Shown here piece after piece: positions 35,267 to 47,487 of a stretch of DNA of 64,000 nucleotides. Both the position numbers and the translations under genes were made by a program. This DNA is from Vitrella brassicaformis CCMP3155. Taxonomy: Eukaryota > Protista > Chromerida. The notes beneath the pieces are model-generated. The model made no database searches. It had not been told where the DNA came from and saw only the letters and a program-made list of their open reading frames with translations. The stretch is from NCBI GenBank assembly GCA_001179505.1, contig CDMY01000412.1, positions 1-64,000 on the forward strand, given 5' to 3'. Within the stretch, counting starts at the first letter, position 1; each line of letters starts with the position of its first letter.

Positions 35267-36276
35267 ATGCCGTACGACCACGTGACAGCGTGCCTGACCA
35301 ACATCCTCAGGGCCGGAGCTGACCCCAACTCATTCACAGGTCAATGAATGAGCGAATCAGACAAAAACGCAGACAATCAGACAGACAGACAGACAGACAA
35401 CAAGAGCCTTGATGCATCCAAGGGGAGTCATCGTGTGTGCGCGTGTGTGTTCAAGATGAGCCAAAGGGCAAGCGGCGGACCTTATTGCTCGTGGCCATGG
35501 AGGAGGCCGTCAAAATCGACACGACCGAGCGCATTGAGATACTCTTGCAGGCCAAGGCGGACCCCAACAAGCCCTCCGAGCCCCCCAACACCTACCCAGT
35601 CGAGTGGGCGGTGAGCCGCGGCCAGCTGCACCTCGCCCGTCTGCTGCTCACACACGGCGCCGACGTCAACCTGCCATTCGACAAGAACGTGACGGCGCTG
35701 CACATGGCGGTGCACGCCGACGATATGGACATGGCCACACTGCTGGTGGTGGACCATGGTGCCAACGTGAATGCGACCGACATCAAAGGCCAGACGCCCA
35801 TATTCTTCGCCAAGTCGCGGGCGATGTGCGGGCTGCTGGCGGCGCACGGGGCGGACCTGCACGCCCTCAACGCCCTGGGCCAGTCGGCGCTGCACCTGGC
35901 TGTGGCGCGTGACTGCCTGCCTGTGGTTGAGTACCTGACCGACGGCAGCCGTGTGAGTGGTCTGCTTGACGCGCAGGACTTCCAGGGTCTGACGGCTTTG
36001 CACGTGGCGGCCTACTACGACAACCGTCGGTGTGTGCGGCTGCTGTTGGACATCGGTGCCGACTGGGGTCTGAGGAGCAAGAACGGCCACACGGCGCTTA
36101 GCCTGGCCGACAAGCAGAAGCACGACCAACTGGCCTTCTACCTGTACAACAGACAGACACAGCGGCTGTGGGGCGGCTGGGGGGTCCTCAGGAACCCCGT
36201 GTTTCTCGTCGGCATGGCCGTCGTGGGCACCGCTGCTGTACTCAGGTACTACGTGATATACAAGGGGAATAAGTAA
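35267..36276 (+). CDS. Ankyrin-repeat protein with C-terminal transmembrane anchor; start may lie further upstream
   Basis: Repeated motifs such as GADPN, TALHMAV..GANVNATDIKGQTPIF, GQSALHLAV, GLTALHVAA and GHTALSLA. C-terminal TM PVFLVGMAVVGTAAVLRYYVIY. Confidence 0.92.
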
Positions 36277-38059
36277 ATGGCTGACAGACAGACGGGGCGG
36301 TGCATTGATTTGACTGATGGTTTGGTTGGTTGATTGGCTCAGGTGGGGTGACATTCAGAGCCTGGTGGTCGACCTGTTTGAGGGCTTCCGGGCCGCACAC
36401 ACGCAGTGAGGCGTGCGCTGCATGGCCATCGACGGTCACATGCAGGCAGGCAGGTCCATCAAATCAACGCAGGGAGGTGCAGTAACTGCAGTGCCTGCAG
36501 AGGAGAGATGTGTGTGTGAGAGGAAGGTGTGTTGTGTGATGTCGTGCGCTGCGTGTCGTCATCTTATCTGGTTGTCTGGTCTTTGCTCCCTCCGTTTTGC
36601 TCTTCCTTGTCCGCGTGTGCAGGTAAGGTAGATAGGTTGCTCGACTGACTGACTAAGTGGGTCTCTCGCTGGTGTCCGTGACGTGCTGTGCTGTGCTTGC
36701 CTTGAGTGTCTGATGCAATTGCAGCCTTGACTGCGTTATTAGTGCTGTGCTGTGCTTGCGTGACGTGAGTCAGTGGGTGCGTCGGTGAGTGTGCGCGTGG
36801 TGTCAGTCAACTCTTGATGGATGGACACTGAATGAATGAGGGAATGAATGCCTTTCCTTGAGTGAATGTGTACGCATCCAGGCAGTGTGTAGAATGAATG
36901 GATACAGACAGACCATCAATCAATATTGCATCGATCACATATAAACTGACGGTAGGCAGGGCAGGGCACAGCCTGCCTGTCAGTCAGTCACATCGATCAG
37001 GAGGTATGTATGTATCCATGTGATATGTAAATGGGTCTGTCCATCCATCCATCCATCCACCCACCTGCACCCACCAGTCAGTCACCCATATCACCTGGCC
37101 AGGGGAGATATCAGCCATCTCAGCCTCCCCCCACCCTGCTCGCATCGTTTGTCTTACAACAGGACACCCACACCGCACCGCACCGCACCGCATCCCACAG
37201 CAGCCGGCACGGCAACCAACGTACGCACGCCCCCTCTCCCCAAAACATACACACACACCGACAGCAAAACCAGTTGGTCTGTCTTTCTTTCTCTCGGGTG
37301 TCAGTCACTGGCGCTCGCCTCGCCTGATCATGAGTGTGTCGATTATCTCAACCAGGTGGGAAAAACAACACACAGGTGTAGTCCAAACATGCAGGAACAC
37401 ATGGATGGATGAGTGCACGTATGCATAAATACACTGCCAGCGTGCCAGCCAGCCACCCACCCCGCCAGGCAGCCAGCCAGACCCAGCCAGCCATCAGCAT
37501 GTAGGTACGTACTTACACGTCAGTCATGTAATGTAGGCAGGCAGACAGACAGGCAGGTACATACATACATCCACACACACAACAAGAGAGAGGGATGGAT
37601 GGAGATGACTCACCATCGCTTGAATTGGCTGTTTGTAGATATGTATGTATGTATGTGTCTATGTGATGTGCACTGACTGACTGACTGACTAACTGACTGA
37701 CTGACGTGAGTGCGTAAGTGGATGAGGAGGGAGGGAAGGAAGGAGGAAAGGACTCATGGTATGTATGGTGCGCATCGCATTGTCTATCTGATGAGTCTGT
37801 GTCTGTCTGTCTGCCACATAAATACATACATCGGGCGGGGCGGGCAACCAACCAGGTGGCTGGCAAGGTGTACTGGCACGCATACCATACGACAGGGGAA
37901 GGAAGCAAGGCGAGTGAGGAAGGAGGAAGGAGGAAAGAAATGAACATGGGACACCCACCCTGGTAAGCTGGGTTGGGTTGGATTGGGTTGGGGAGGGCGC
38001 CACGCAACGAGAGAAAAGACAAACTCAGTCAGTGGCTCGGCGGGTGTGTGTGTGGGTGT

Positions 38060-40041
38060 CTATACGGCGATCCACTTGACGACCTGTCCGTTCTCCCACA
38101 TGCCCTCCTTGACCACGCCGTCCTGACCCTTGTGCCAGCCTACACGCACGCACGCACGGACAGTCAGGGGAGTCTATGTGGTCACGTGACTGACTGACTG
38201 ACTCCCCAACTGACTCCCCACCTCACTCACTCATTCACTCACCTTTGCCCTCCTGTTTGCCGTTGACCCAGTTGCCCCGCACCTCAGACCCGTCGGGCCA
38301 AGAGAAACGACCGGCGCCGTGCTTCCTGATGGGCAGAGCGGACACGCACATGTGTGGACCGTTGCTGTATCCCGGTGGTAGTTAGTTACTTGTCGCTTTT
38401 GTATTCCCCTTCGTAGACTTTGCCGTCGGCCCAGGTGAACTTGCCCTGACCGTCCATGCGATTCCGCTTCCACTGCAGACGTAGGTGGTTGGGATACACG
38501 ACGAGCAAAGGCGGGCGGCATTGTGTGTGTGTGTGTGTGTGTTGTGATGCGTGTGTGTACCTGTCCTGAGTACTCCCTGCCGTCCGGCCACTGCAGATCG
38601 ATCCGCCATTTGCAGACATCCATCCATCCATCCATTTGAGACGATCTGTTGGCTTGTCTGTCTGTCTGTGTGTCTGTCTGCCTAGTGTGCGTCCTGCTTG
38701 GCTTGACTCTGTGTGTGTGAGCTTTACTTTGAATCTGCCGTGTCCGTGAAGGTTGTCTTCGTAGAAGGACCCCTCGTACGTGGCGCCCCCCTCCCACCGA
38801 AAGGTGCCCTTCCCCTGCTTCTTGCCCTCAACAAAATGACCTGGGGGCAAGCAAAGACAACGCACACACATACATACACACACGCACAGGCGCATCTCTG
38901 CCACGCTGCTGCGTGTGTGCCGACCGACCTACGTACCTTCATAGTATGATCCGTCCGGCAGTCGTTCGACGCCTGGACCGTGTTTGCGTCCGTCTCGCCA
39001 CTCGCCCTTGTAGGAGGTGCCGTCCTTTTTGGTCAGGTGGCCCTGGCCCTCCGCCTTGCCCTCACGCCAGTCACCCACGTAACTCGTGCCGTCCTTCCAC
39101 ACCTACAGACACATAACGCATAAAACCAGGCAGGCAGGGAGGCAGGGAGGGAGATGAGCAAGGATCAGACAGAGGCCCACCCATCCCATCAATCGCTCTT
39201 TCTTTCTGTCCTTGTGTTACCTGCTCGCCCCTGCCGTGTGGCTGGTCGTTCTGGTGCAAAAGGGGTCACACAGAGCATACATACGCAGCGTGTGTGTGAA
39301 TAAATGAGGTGTTGAGTGTCTCAATTGTCTGTGTGACTGTACTGTGCGCCCACCCTCATTTGTCCCGAGTAGAAGGCCCCGTTGTCGAGCTTGTGGTTCT
39401 CGACCTCGTTGTACACACCCGCCTCAGCAACCTGCACATACACACACATCGACACACACATTCACATTCCCTACGACTAGTGTCCATTTACCGACCCTAC
39501 CCTTCATCTGTGTGTGTGACTGACTGACCAGGTATGAGTGGTTCGCTGACAGCCACTGGTCGCCCCTCCGGGCGTCGTGAATGTTGAAGTGCGACGAGTC
39601 GTCTGTGGCGCCGGTGCTGCTCATGTTGACGGCCCCGCCCTGCACCGACGGGCGGATGAGCTTCCGGTCCATGTCAGCCCACTCGCTGATGTCGATCTGA
39701 TGCTCATTCTGACATGCCGACCACACAAACAAGATACAGACAGACATGGGCTAGGCGTGTGAAGTGAGTGGTGTTTGGGTACCTACCGTTGGCGGCAGCG
39801 GCCACACGCCTCCCCTGTGGAGGCACTGCTGAGCCGGAAAACTGCACTGCACACACTCAATCACACACACAACAGACCACACAACCACAGCAACACAACA
39901 ACACAATACGCTTTCGTGCCTTCCTCCTCTGTTGCAGCTTCCAAAAATCGTCCCGTCTCAAACTCCCAGAGTGGCCTCTCTGTCTTCCTGCCTCGCTGCA
40001 GCTTTGCGAGCTGCTTTGCTCCTGTGTACCTGGTTGCCCAT
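38060..40041 (-). CDS. MORN-repeat protein; 5' exons uncertain
   Basis: Spliced repeats WKDGTSYVGDWREGKAEGQG, KKDGTSYKGEWRDGRKHGPG, WEGGATYEGSFYEDNLHGHG, WPDGREYSGQWKRNRMDGQG, WADGKVYEGEYKSDKKHGAG. A possible myristoylation-type start MGNQ lies at 40041. Confidence 0.9.
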
Positions 40042-40290
40042 TGCGCTGCAGAAGGCCGCGGACACCGCCGCAGCAGGCGAAAAGACGGGATGCCAGGACG
40101 TCAAGGGCAGCACTGCCTGCCTAACCGCATTGCCATTCCAGGCTCCCACATCCTCAATAGCGCGTTTTTCTCAGGAAAGGGACGCTCGGAAAGTGCCATT
40201 AAGCTCGCACGAGGGGAAGGAGTGACGAAACAGCTGCATGGTCTGCCTGTGGCTTAGGGAGTTGGTCCGCCGTCTGTGTGTGTGAATCAG

Positions 40291-43200
40291 ATGGCAGAGG
40301 GGCTGCATTCCATGAGTTCAGTAGCCATGGACCTGGAGCGGGAGATAGCGGCGTCCGTCCACGCCGTCGAGAGGGAGAGGGACAGGTACGCCTGGCCTGC
40401 ATGCAATGCAATCCATGCAGATATTGACACACCAACCGATTGCCGCCGTCCGGCATCGCACACACCGGTGTGTGTGTGCCGTGCGTGTGTTGGTTCAGGC
40501 ACCGTGTGGAGAGCGATGCGTTAAAGAGGGAGGTGGAGGCGCTGCAGCGGAGCAACCAGACACTGGAGCTGGAGCTGGCCAAGGCGCGCCACGACAACCT
40601 CATACCGAAGCCACACACAGCCCTGGCTCACCGACCAATCCCCTCGCCCCTCAATGAGCGGCCACCCGCCCTTCCACCCGCCACTGTGACAGCCATGGAC
40701 ACAGCCTTCCCAGGGCCCGCCCCTGCCTCTGGCTCAGACAGGGACAGGGAGAAGGTCGGGGATGTCGACAGTGAGGAGCGTGCCAAGCTCAAGGAGCGGA
40801 TCAGCGAGTTGTCGAGCCGGGTTGAAGGTCTGGGTGGGGCCAAGGGCGGCGCGTCGCCCTATGACTCAGAGTTTCTTGACGGTGGGAGGGGCGGGTACTC
40901 GTCGGCGGCGCCGCATGGCCCTTCCTCTTCCTCTTCTTCTCGTCTGTATGGCGGTGTTGGGGTCGGTGCTGGTGGCGACGATGGCGGAATGGGCGCACGG
41001 TGAGTTAGCCGAACAAAGAGTCAGTGAGCGCGTCCATGTGCATGGATCCCGTTGGCTCATTCAGTGTGTCGGGCGGTTATGGGTTCCGGCTGCCGTCTGC
41101 TCGTGCCGGCGCGGCCGATGACCTCCTGCCGCCCCTCCCTGGCAGGACTGCTGCAGACGAGGGCGCACGCACAGCCACACTCGCACATACGGACCCTATC
41201 CACGACACACACCCACCTGTGAGCACGGCAGAAAGACAGACTGACAAGAGAGGGTGCCTTGTCTACCGGCATCATGTTCACTGTCTGTCTGTGGTCGTGC
41301 ATTGCAATGCCATACGATTCAGGTGCCTCCGTACACGAGTGGCGCCACCCTCCGCCCCACATCAGTGCCGTCACCAACCAGCCCCCCAGGAGCTCATCCT
41401 CCTCATCCTGCTGCTGGTGCTGGTGCTGGCATGAGTGGTGTGGTTGGTGTGGGTCAGGGTGCGTTGGAGGCAGGCGGCCCGGCGCGGTCTCGCAGACTGG
41501 CAGACGAGGTCGCGGAACTCAGGTATGGTACACACGAGCGCACCCAGACATGGCTGAGTGAATGGTGGATGGTTGTGTTGTCTTGTGCGTGTGATTGTGT
41601 GTGCAGTGAGCTGCTGCACGAGTCCAAGCGGATGATCGAAGCTGAGGCCGACAGGCAACAGGTCGGAGTGAGTGCTCACATTGTGTTGGGCGTGTGAGTC
41701 GCGTCTGTCCATATGTGTGTGTGTCAGCTGTGCCGCGAGCGCATGGCGCAGGCTGAGAGGGAGGCCCTCGTGGCCGGCGAGGAGGCAAACAGAGCTAGGA
41801 TCGAAAACGAAACCCTCAATGGTTAGTTAGTACACGTCCACACACACTCTGCCAGATTACTGCGGTGTGTGTGTGTGTGTGTGTTTGGTTGCCTCACTCC
41901 CTCACTCATGGGATGCAGCTGAGATAACGTTGTTACGCGAGGAGGTGGAGAGGGAGAGGACATTCAAGGAAACCAAAGAGGTCAGTCAGTCAGTCAGACA
42001 GCCACAACGATGCTCAGCAACGGCCACGGGATCCGCTCGCTACATGTGTCTGTCTGTCTGTCTGTCTGCATGGGCCCGTGGTGCGCAGGAGTTGCTGCGT
42101 GAGGCCCGCCGGCAGAGGGACCAAGTCGAGGTGGGTACCCTCCCTACGCACAACCCCATTGAATGTGTCTGTCTGTCCATCCATCCATCCATCCATCCCA
42201 TGGGTCCGTCGTGCATTCCCTCCCCCTTTGTCTGTGCTGTGCTGTGCTGTGCTGTGCAGACGGACCTTCTGTGCAAGTGTGAGGCTTTGGCGGCAGAGCG
42301 GGACCAACTCAGGGTGGGTGGGTTAGGCAGCCAGTGCAGTGCAGTGCAGTGCACTTCGGAAAGGAAACCTTTCTCTGTGAAGGGGATGATTTCATTTCAT
42401 TTCCTTTCCTTGATGCCTTCATGATGGATGGCATGGATGTATCAGTGTGAGTTGGAGAGCGCCCATCGTGAGCTGGAGGCGCTCAAGTCGGGCCTGCGGT
42501 ACGCCGAGCAGGAGAAGACACAGCTCACCTCGCAACACGCTCTCACCAAACAACACGTAAGCATCCACCCCAAAGACGGGGCTGTTGTGCCACTCACTCA
42601 CTGTCATCACGCCCAGCCCACATGTCATGTTTGCATGGATCGGATCCATCAGCTGGAGGGTCGCCTGAAGGAGGCCGAGGAGAAGAAAATTGAACTAGAG
42701 GTGGGTGAGCTCCATCCATCCGATGGATGGGTGGGTGGATGGATGCTTGCATCTTGCTGTGCCTGTCTGTCTGTCTGTCTACTGGCCATGCAGATTGAGT
42801 TGGATCGTTGTCGGCGTGCCTTGATGGACCGAGAGCAGGACAGCGACACCGCCAGGCAGAAACTCATGTACGTCACCAGGGAGAAGGAACGACTCGACAC
42901 ACAACTCAAAGGTAGGGAGGGAGGGAGGCAGGTAGGTAGGCAATTGATTGGTCATTGTGCGACACAACAAGCATCTCTTTCCCTCCCTCCCTCCCTCCCT
43001 CCTTTATTCACTGTCAATCAGATTTGTCGCGCGAGATAGCCCGCAATGACCCCGATGCAGCAGCGAAGGCTGCTACCGCCAAGGCACACACACACATACA
43101 CACACACACAGTCAACACACCAGAAGGCAGCTGCAAGTAAGTCCTTTCCCCGTGTGTGCTCTGCTGCTCAGGCTGAGGAAACAATACGCTGCCTGCAGGA

Positions 43201-44855
43201 CAGGTAGGGTAGATGGATGGATGGATGAAGGAGCGAGTTCTGTGAGAATGAATCTGAATGTTGGCATCCTTGGCTGGATCAATGCCTGCAGGGTGGCGTA
43301 TCTGACGCACCAGCTGGAGGCGGAGCGGTCCAAGACGGCCAAGAAGGGCCTCATTGGGGGCACCAGAGCCGACACGCAGCACCACCCACATCCACATCCA
43401 CCACCCGCATCAGCACCCGCACCGAATGCATCGGTAAGTCCTAACCACCAACACACACCATTGCCCGATGGATGCATCCACACACACCGCCCTGTGTTGT
43501 GTGTGGCCGGTGTTTGTTCAGTTCCCCTCTCCCCAGTCTGGCGCTCGTGTGCGGTGTCCGTCTGCGCCTCCGCGACACACAGGTGCCGCCCCACACTCAC
43601 GCAGGGGCGCCACGAGAGGTGTTGGTGGCGGTGGTGGTGCGGGCCACACAGCGGTCAGGAGGACCCCACGTGCTGCGGCTGAAAGGGAGGACTGGCGCGT
43701 CAAACTGGGCAGGGCACGACCAGGTATATGAGCAATATACAAGACGGGCACTTGATTGGCTGGTTGATTGAGCGATCTGTGTGTGGGAATGGTTGTATGT
43801 TTGTATGTCTACAGGTGGCGGTGAGACGTGTGGTGTGGCTGAGAGGCTGCGGGAGCTGGAACACAAGTACCAGAGAGAGAGGGAACGAAACGCACTGGTA
43901 AACAAAGGACAAAGGAAGGGAGGGAGCGAGGGAGGGACCTGCACACACATACACACACACACACACACACACAGTTCCTGCCCATACCCGTCCTTTTTGG
44001 CTTTTGGATCGGTCAGCTGTCCAAGAAGCTGGGCGAGTCTCTAGAGCTCGTCCACGGCCGCCTGCGCGAGACCCGACAACACATACCCAAGCCACAGCCA
44101 CACGGCCAACCGACTCCAACACCTCCTCCAGCCCCACCAGCCCCACCACCTGACACCGGTGATGATGAACAGACGCAGCAGCAGCAGCAGCAGCCTGCAG
44201 CAGGGCAGACGACTGGTCATTATGTGCCGGCTGTTGATGTGGGCGGCTATGTCGGCCCGGAGGTTTCAGAGTGCGGTCGTGGCGGCCGCATAGGGGAGGG
44301 GGTGCCCTATCCGCCATCCATGGAGAGCCCCTCCAGGCTCATGATGCAAGGTGGGTGGGTGGGGTGGGTGCAGACAGGGGCAGCCGCGCCACCTCTCACG
44401 GATGCAATCTCTTTATGTGTGTGTGTCGTACGTGCCTCCCAGGTGTGCCAGCATCGGGTCTGTCGTACGCCACGGCCATCCTGCCCGACGAGGAGCTCTC
44501 AGCCGCCCCCACGCCCACCCCGCCTCCGTCCAACACCGACCTCACCAAACCACCACCCACCAAACGCAAGACCACCAAGCCAGCAGCAGCAGGGGGACAA
44601 TCCGGACGACAGGCGAGGGACCTGCCGCGTGCCGACCCATCCCCCGTCTGTGCGCTGCCCATGAGGCCGACTGCACACCCCCATTCCCATTCGCATCAGA
44701 GCAAAAGGGCATCTCGCGGCCGAGGCCAGTCTGAGCCCAAGAGGGCGCCGTTTGCCACGGTGATGGGTGCGCGTGTGAGGTCTTCGGGCTTCTCCAGGCC
44801 GCCGTCGCCCGTGCCGACTGGTGGGAGGGGCGGAGGGCCGCGCAAGAGGCCGTGA
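40291..44855 (+). CDS. Long coiled-coil protein with Pro-rich disordered tail, function unknown (possibly cytoskeletal or centrosomal)
   Basis: Many short E/R/L/K-rich heptad exons (e.g. ELESAHRELEALKSGLRYAEQEKTQL, IELDRCRRALMDREQDSDTARQKL) separated by microsatellite introns. Confidence 0.75.
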
Positions 44856-44871
44856 TTCACTGACTGCGGGG

Positions 44872-45171
44872 NNNNNNNNNNNNNNNNNNNNNNNNNNNNN
44901 NNNNNNNNNNNNNNNNNNNNNNNNNNNNNNNNNNNNNNNNNNNNNNNNNNNNNNNNNNNNNNNNNNNNNNNNNNNNNNNNNNNNNNNNNNNNNNNNNNNN
45001 NNNNNNNNNNNNNNNNNNNNNNNNNNNNNNNNNNNNNNNNNNNNNNNNNNNNNNNNNNNNNNNNNNNNNNNNNNNNNNNNNNNNNNNNNNNNNNNNNNNN
45101 NNNNNNNNNNNNNNNNNNNNNNNNNNNNNNNNNNNNNNNNNNNNNNNNNNNNNNNNNNNNNNNNNNNNNNN
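44872..45171. other. Assembly gap (N run)
   Basis: Run of n characters. Confidence 1.
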
Positions 45172-45546
45172 GTGTTGTCTGGCGTGTGAACGGTGATTGA
45201 CACAGTTGGTTGGCAGAACTCATATCTGAATAAAAGGAAGGGGACAGACTGTGGACATGAATGACATCCATGCGTGTACATTGGCAAAAATGCGTGTGCA
45301 AAACGTGTGTTTGGCACGTCCGTACGACCTGCCTTGGCATTTATAGAAGATGGTCAGTGACACGCCCGTCTTGGAACGCAGCTAGGTGCGCAACAGTGCT
45401 GTGGCCCGGATCAAGTAACAAGAGGCTGGCCAGGATCGGTGTTTCTCTCTTTGGGACACAACACCATCGCATCAGCACCATCGTTGATAGGTAAGAACAA
45501 AAAAACCGGACGCGCAGATCTTAATCCATGACGTCATTGGTGTTGT

Positions 45547-46691
45547 ATGTTGGTTCAGACAGCTCCCACCTTCATCTTGACGAAGATCACCATGCTGGAC
45601 ACCCACTTTTTCACCTTCTCCCTTCGCATCGCAAGCGTGCTGGAGTTTCTGGTGGCGCTGGCCTTCCCATACGCCTTCCTGATGAGCAACAAGGGCATCG
45701 CCATGCTCAACGGGTTCGTCCTGCCCTTACAGAAGGGCGGGATGACCGATGCCGCATTGGCGGAGGCACAGCAGGCATCTATCGAGTCCATTCGGGCTGT
45801 CAGCGCGCCCACGGCATTCCTCTGCCTCGTCGCGCAGTTCGGCGTGCTGTTTATGCTCGGCTTCCAGGTGAGATGGTGTCGGATTGGCTGACCATCCAAA
45901 GAGCTGGCTTGATGGCTCCTTGGGGTGTCTGTGTCCTATCCCTCTCTGTCTGTGTGCGTCTTTGATCGATCAGCTGCGTGTGTCGTGGCTGGCGACAGCA
46001 ACTCACATAAGGCAATACCGGTCCGGGTGTGATCTGCTGCACATGGGCGTGCTCTTTGGCCTCATTTGGACGTGCATCCACTTCGGCATCTGGGGCATGG
46101 CGTCCAACTACATCAATGCGCCCGACGCACAAGTGGCGGAGCTCATCCGGGGACCGTTCCTGATGGTACGTAACGACACACAAGGGCGCTGCAGTGTACC
46201 TTCGTGGCTCGTGTGTGTGGACGTGCGTGTCAGACGATGGCGATGCTGGGCGACATCTTTTTCTCGGCTCAGTGCCTCATGTACGGCCCGGCCATCTTTC
46301 TGCTCGACCGCTACCAGCCCACCGAGGTGACTGGAGGTGTGGCCAGCAAGCCCAAGGGCAGCACATGGCTCGGATGGGCAGTCATCATCACCAGAATGGC
46401 CACCAGCTGCGCAAGTAAGCCAGCGGCTAGGCAGGAAGGCAGAGAGGAGGGGGGGTGCGATGGCTGTGTGTACCTGTTTGCGCGTGTGCAGTATGTGGGC
46501 GTGTGATCATTCCAATGACGTGGACCCCCACCCTGACGACGCCCTATGTGTGGCTGGCGCTGTCCTTCATGCTGGTCGCCGGAGCGTGCAGCACCGCATG
46601 GGCATTTACCTTCGAGCCAGCCGTCAATCGCCAGCTGATGCTGCTCGAGGGCGGACAGGCCAAGACACACTCACCGACCAAACGCAGATGA
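45547..46691 (+). CDS. Multi-pass membrane protein of unknown function (4 exons; start uncertain)
   Basis: About 6-7 hydrophobic segments (IASVLEFLVALAFPYAFLM, AFLCLVAQFGVLFMLGF, LLHMGVLFGLIWTCIHFGIW, YVWLALSFMLVAGACSTAWAF). Confidence 0.7.
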
Positions 46692-47487
46692 GCCTGGAGT
46701 GCTCAACCGAGAGAGATGGACTGGCCTCTGTGTTGTGTGTGTACGTGTGTATGGGTGGGAGTCTGTGAGTGAGTCATTTTGTAGTGAGATTGATGGATGG
46801 ATGGATGGATGGATGGGCGGCGGCCTGGCTGGCTGGCAAAGCAGGGTATGTATGTGTCATATGGCGGTTAGCCGAGACCTTGAGCATCTTTTTCGTTGGA
46901 CTGAGAGCGTTTGAGAGTATTTGTTGGCGTCTGTGTGGGGGTAGTCTCCCACACAGGGACAGGCCACGCCACATGAGGGCGGGGGAGCCAGTCCATTTTC
47001 TCATTGTCATCGACTGCACCAATGGTCATCTTTTTCGCCTTCCTTTTCATACGACAAGTCTTTTTCTGTCTTGACGAGACACGCATGACGAATGTTCTCT
47101 TCAACGACACTCAATTGTGGACTCATCTGTCCACCTGCAATTACGGCACTCACACGTACATGTACATCCTACGACGCCGCAACCCCATACAAAGACGCCG
47201 CACGTCATGGCACTCCAATAAAAGCACAAGGCAAATCAGCACAGTCTTGCCACGAATCAACGCCCCATCCATCATGCCATTAATTGATCATCACAGTGTC
47301 CTTGCAACTCGTACACTACACCTGAGTAGTACTGCTTTTTTCATGCACTCTTGGACACATCTGTCTGTCTGTCTGGCTGGCTGGCTTGTTCACTATCGCA
47401 CCAACCCATCCCATCCGCCATGGATAAAAATCACAATGCACGCATCACAGAAGAAATGAAGGAAGGGCTCGCTGCCTGCCTGCCCGC

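Noticed and set aside
36300-38000. Possible ncRNA or hidden gene in the ankyrin-MORN intergenic region
   Set aside because: Only low-complexity tetranucleotide repeats; no tRNA, rRNA or snRNA signature and no spliceable ORF were recognised.
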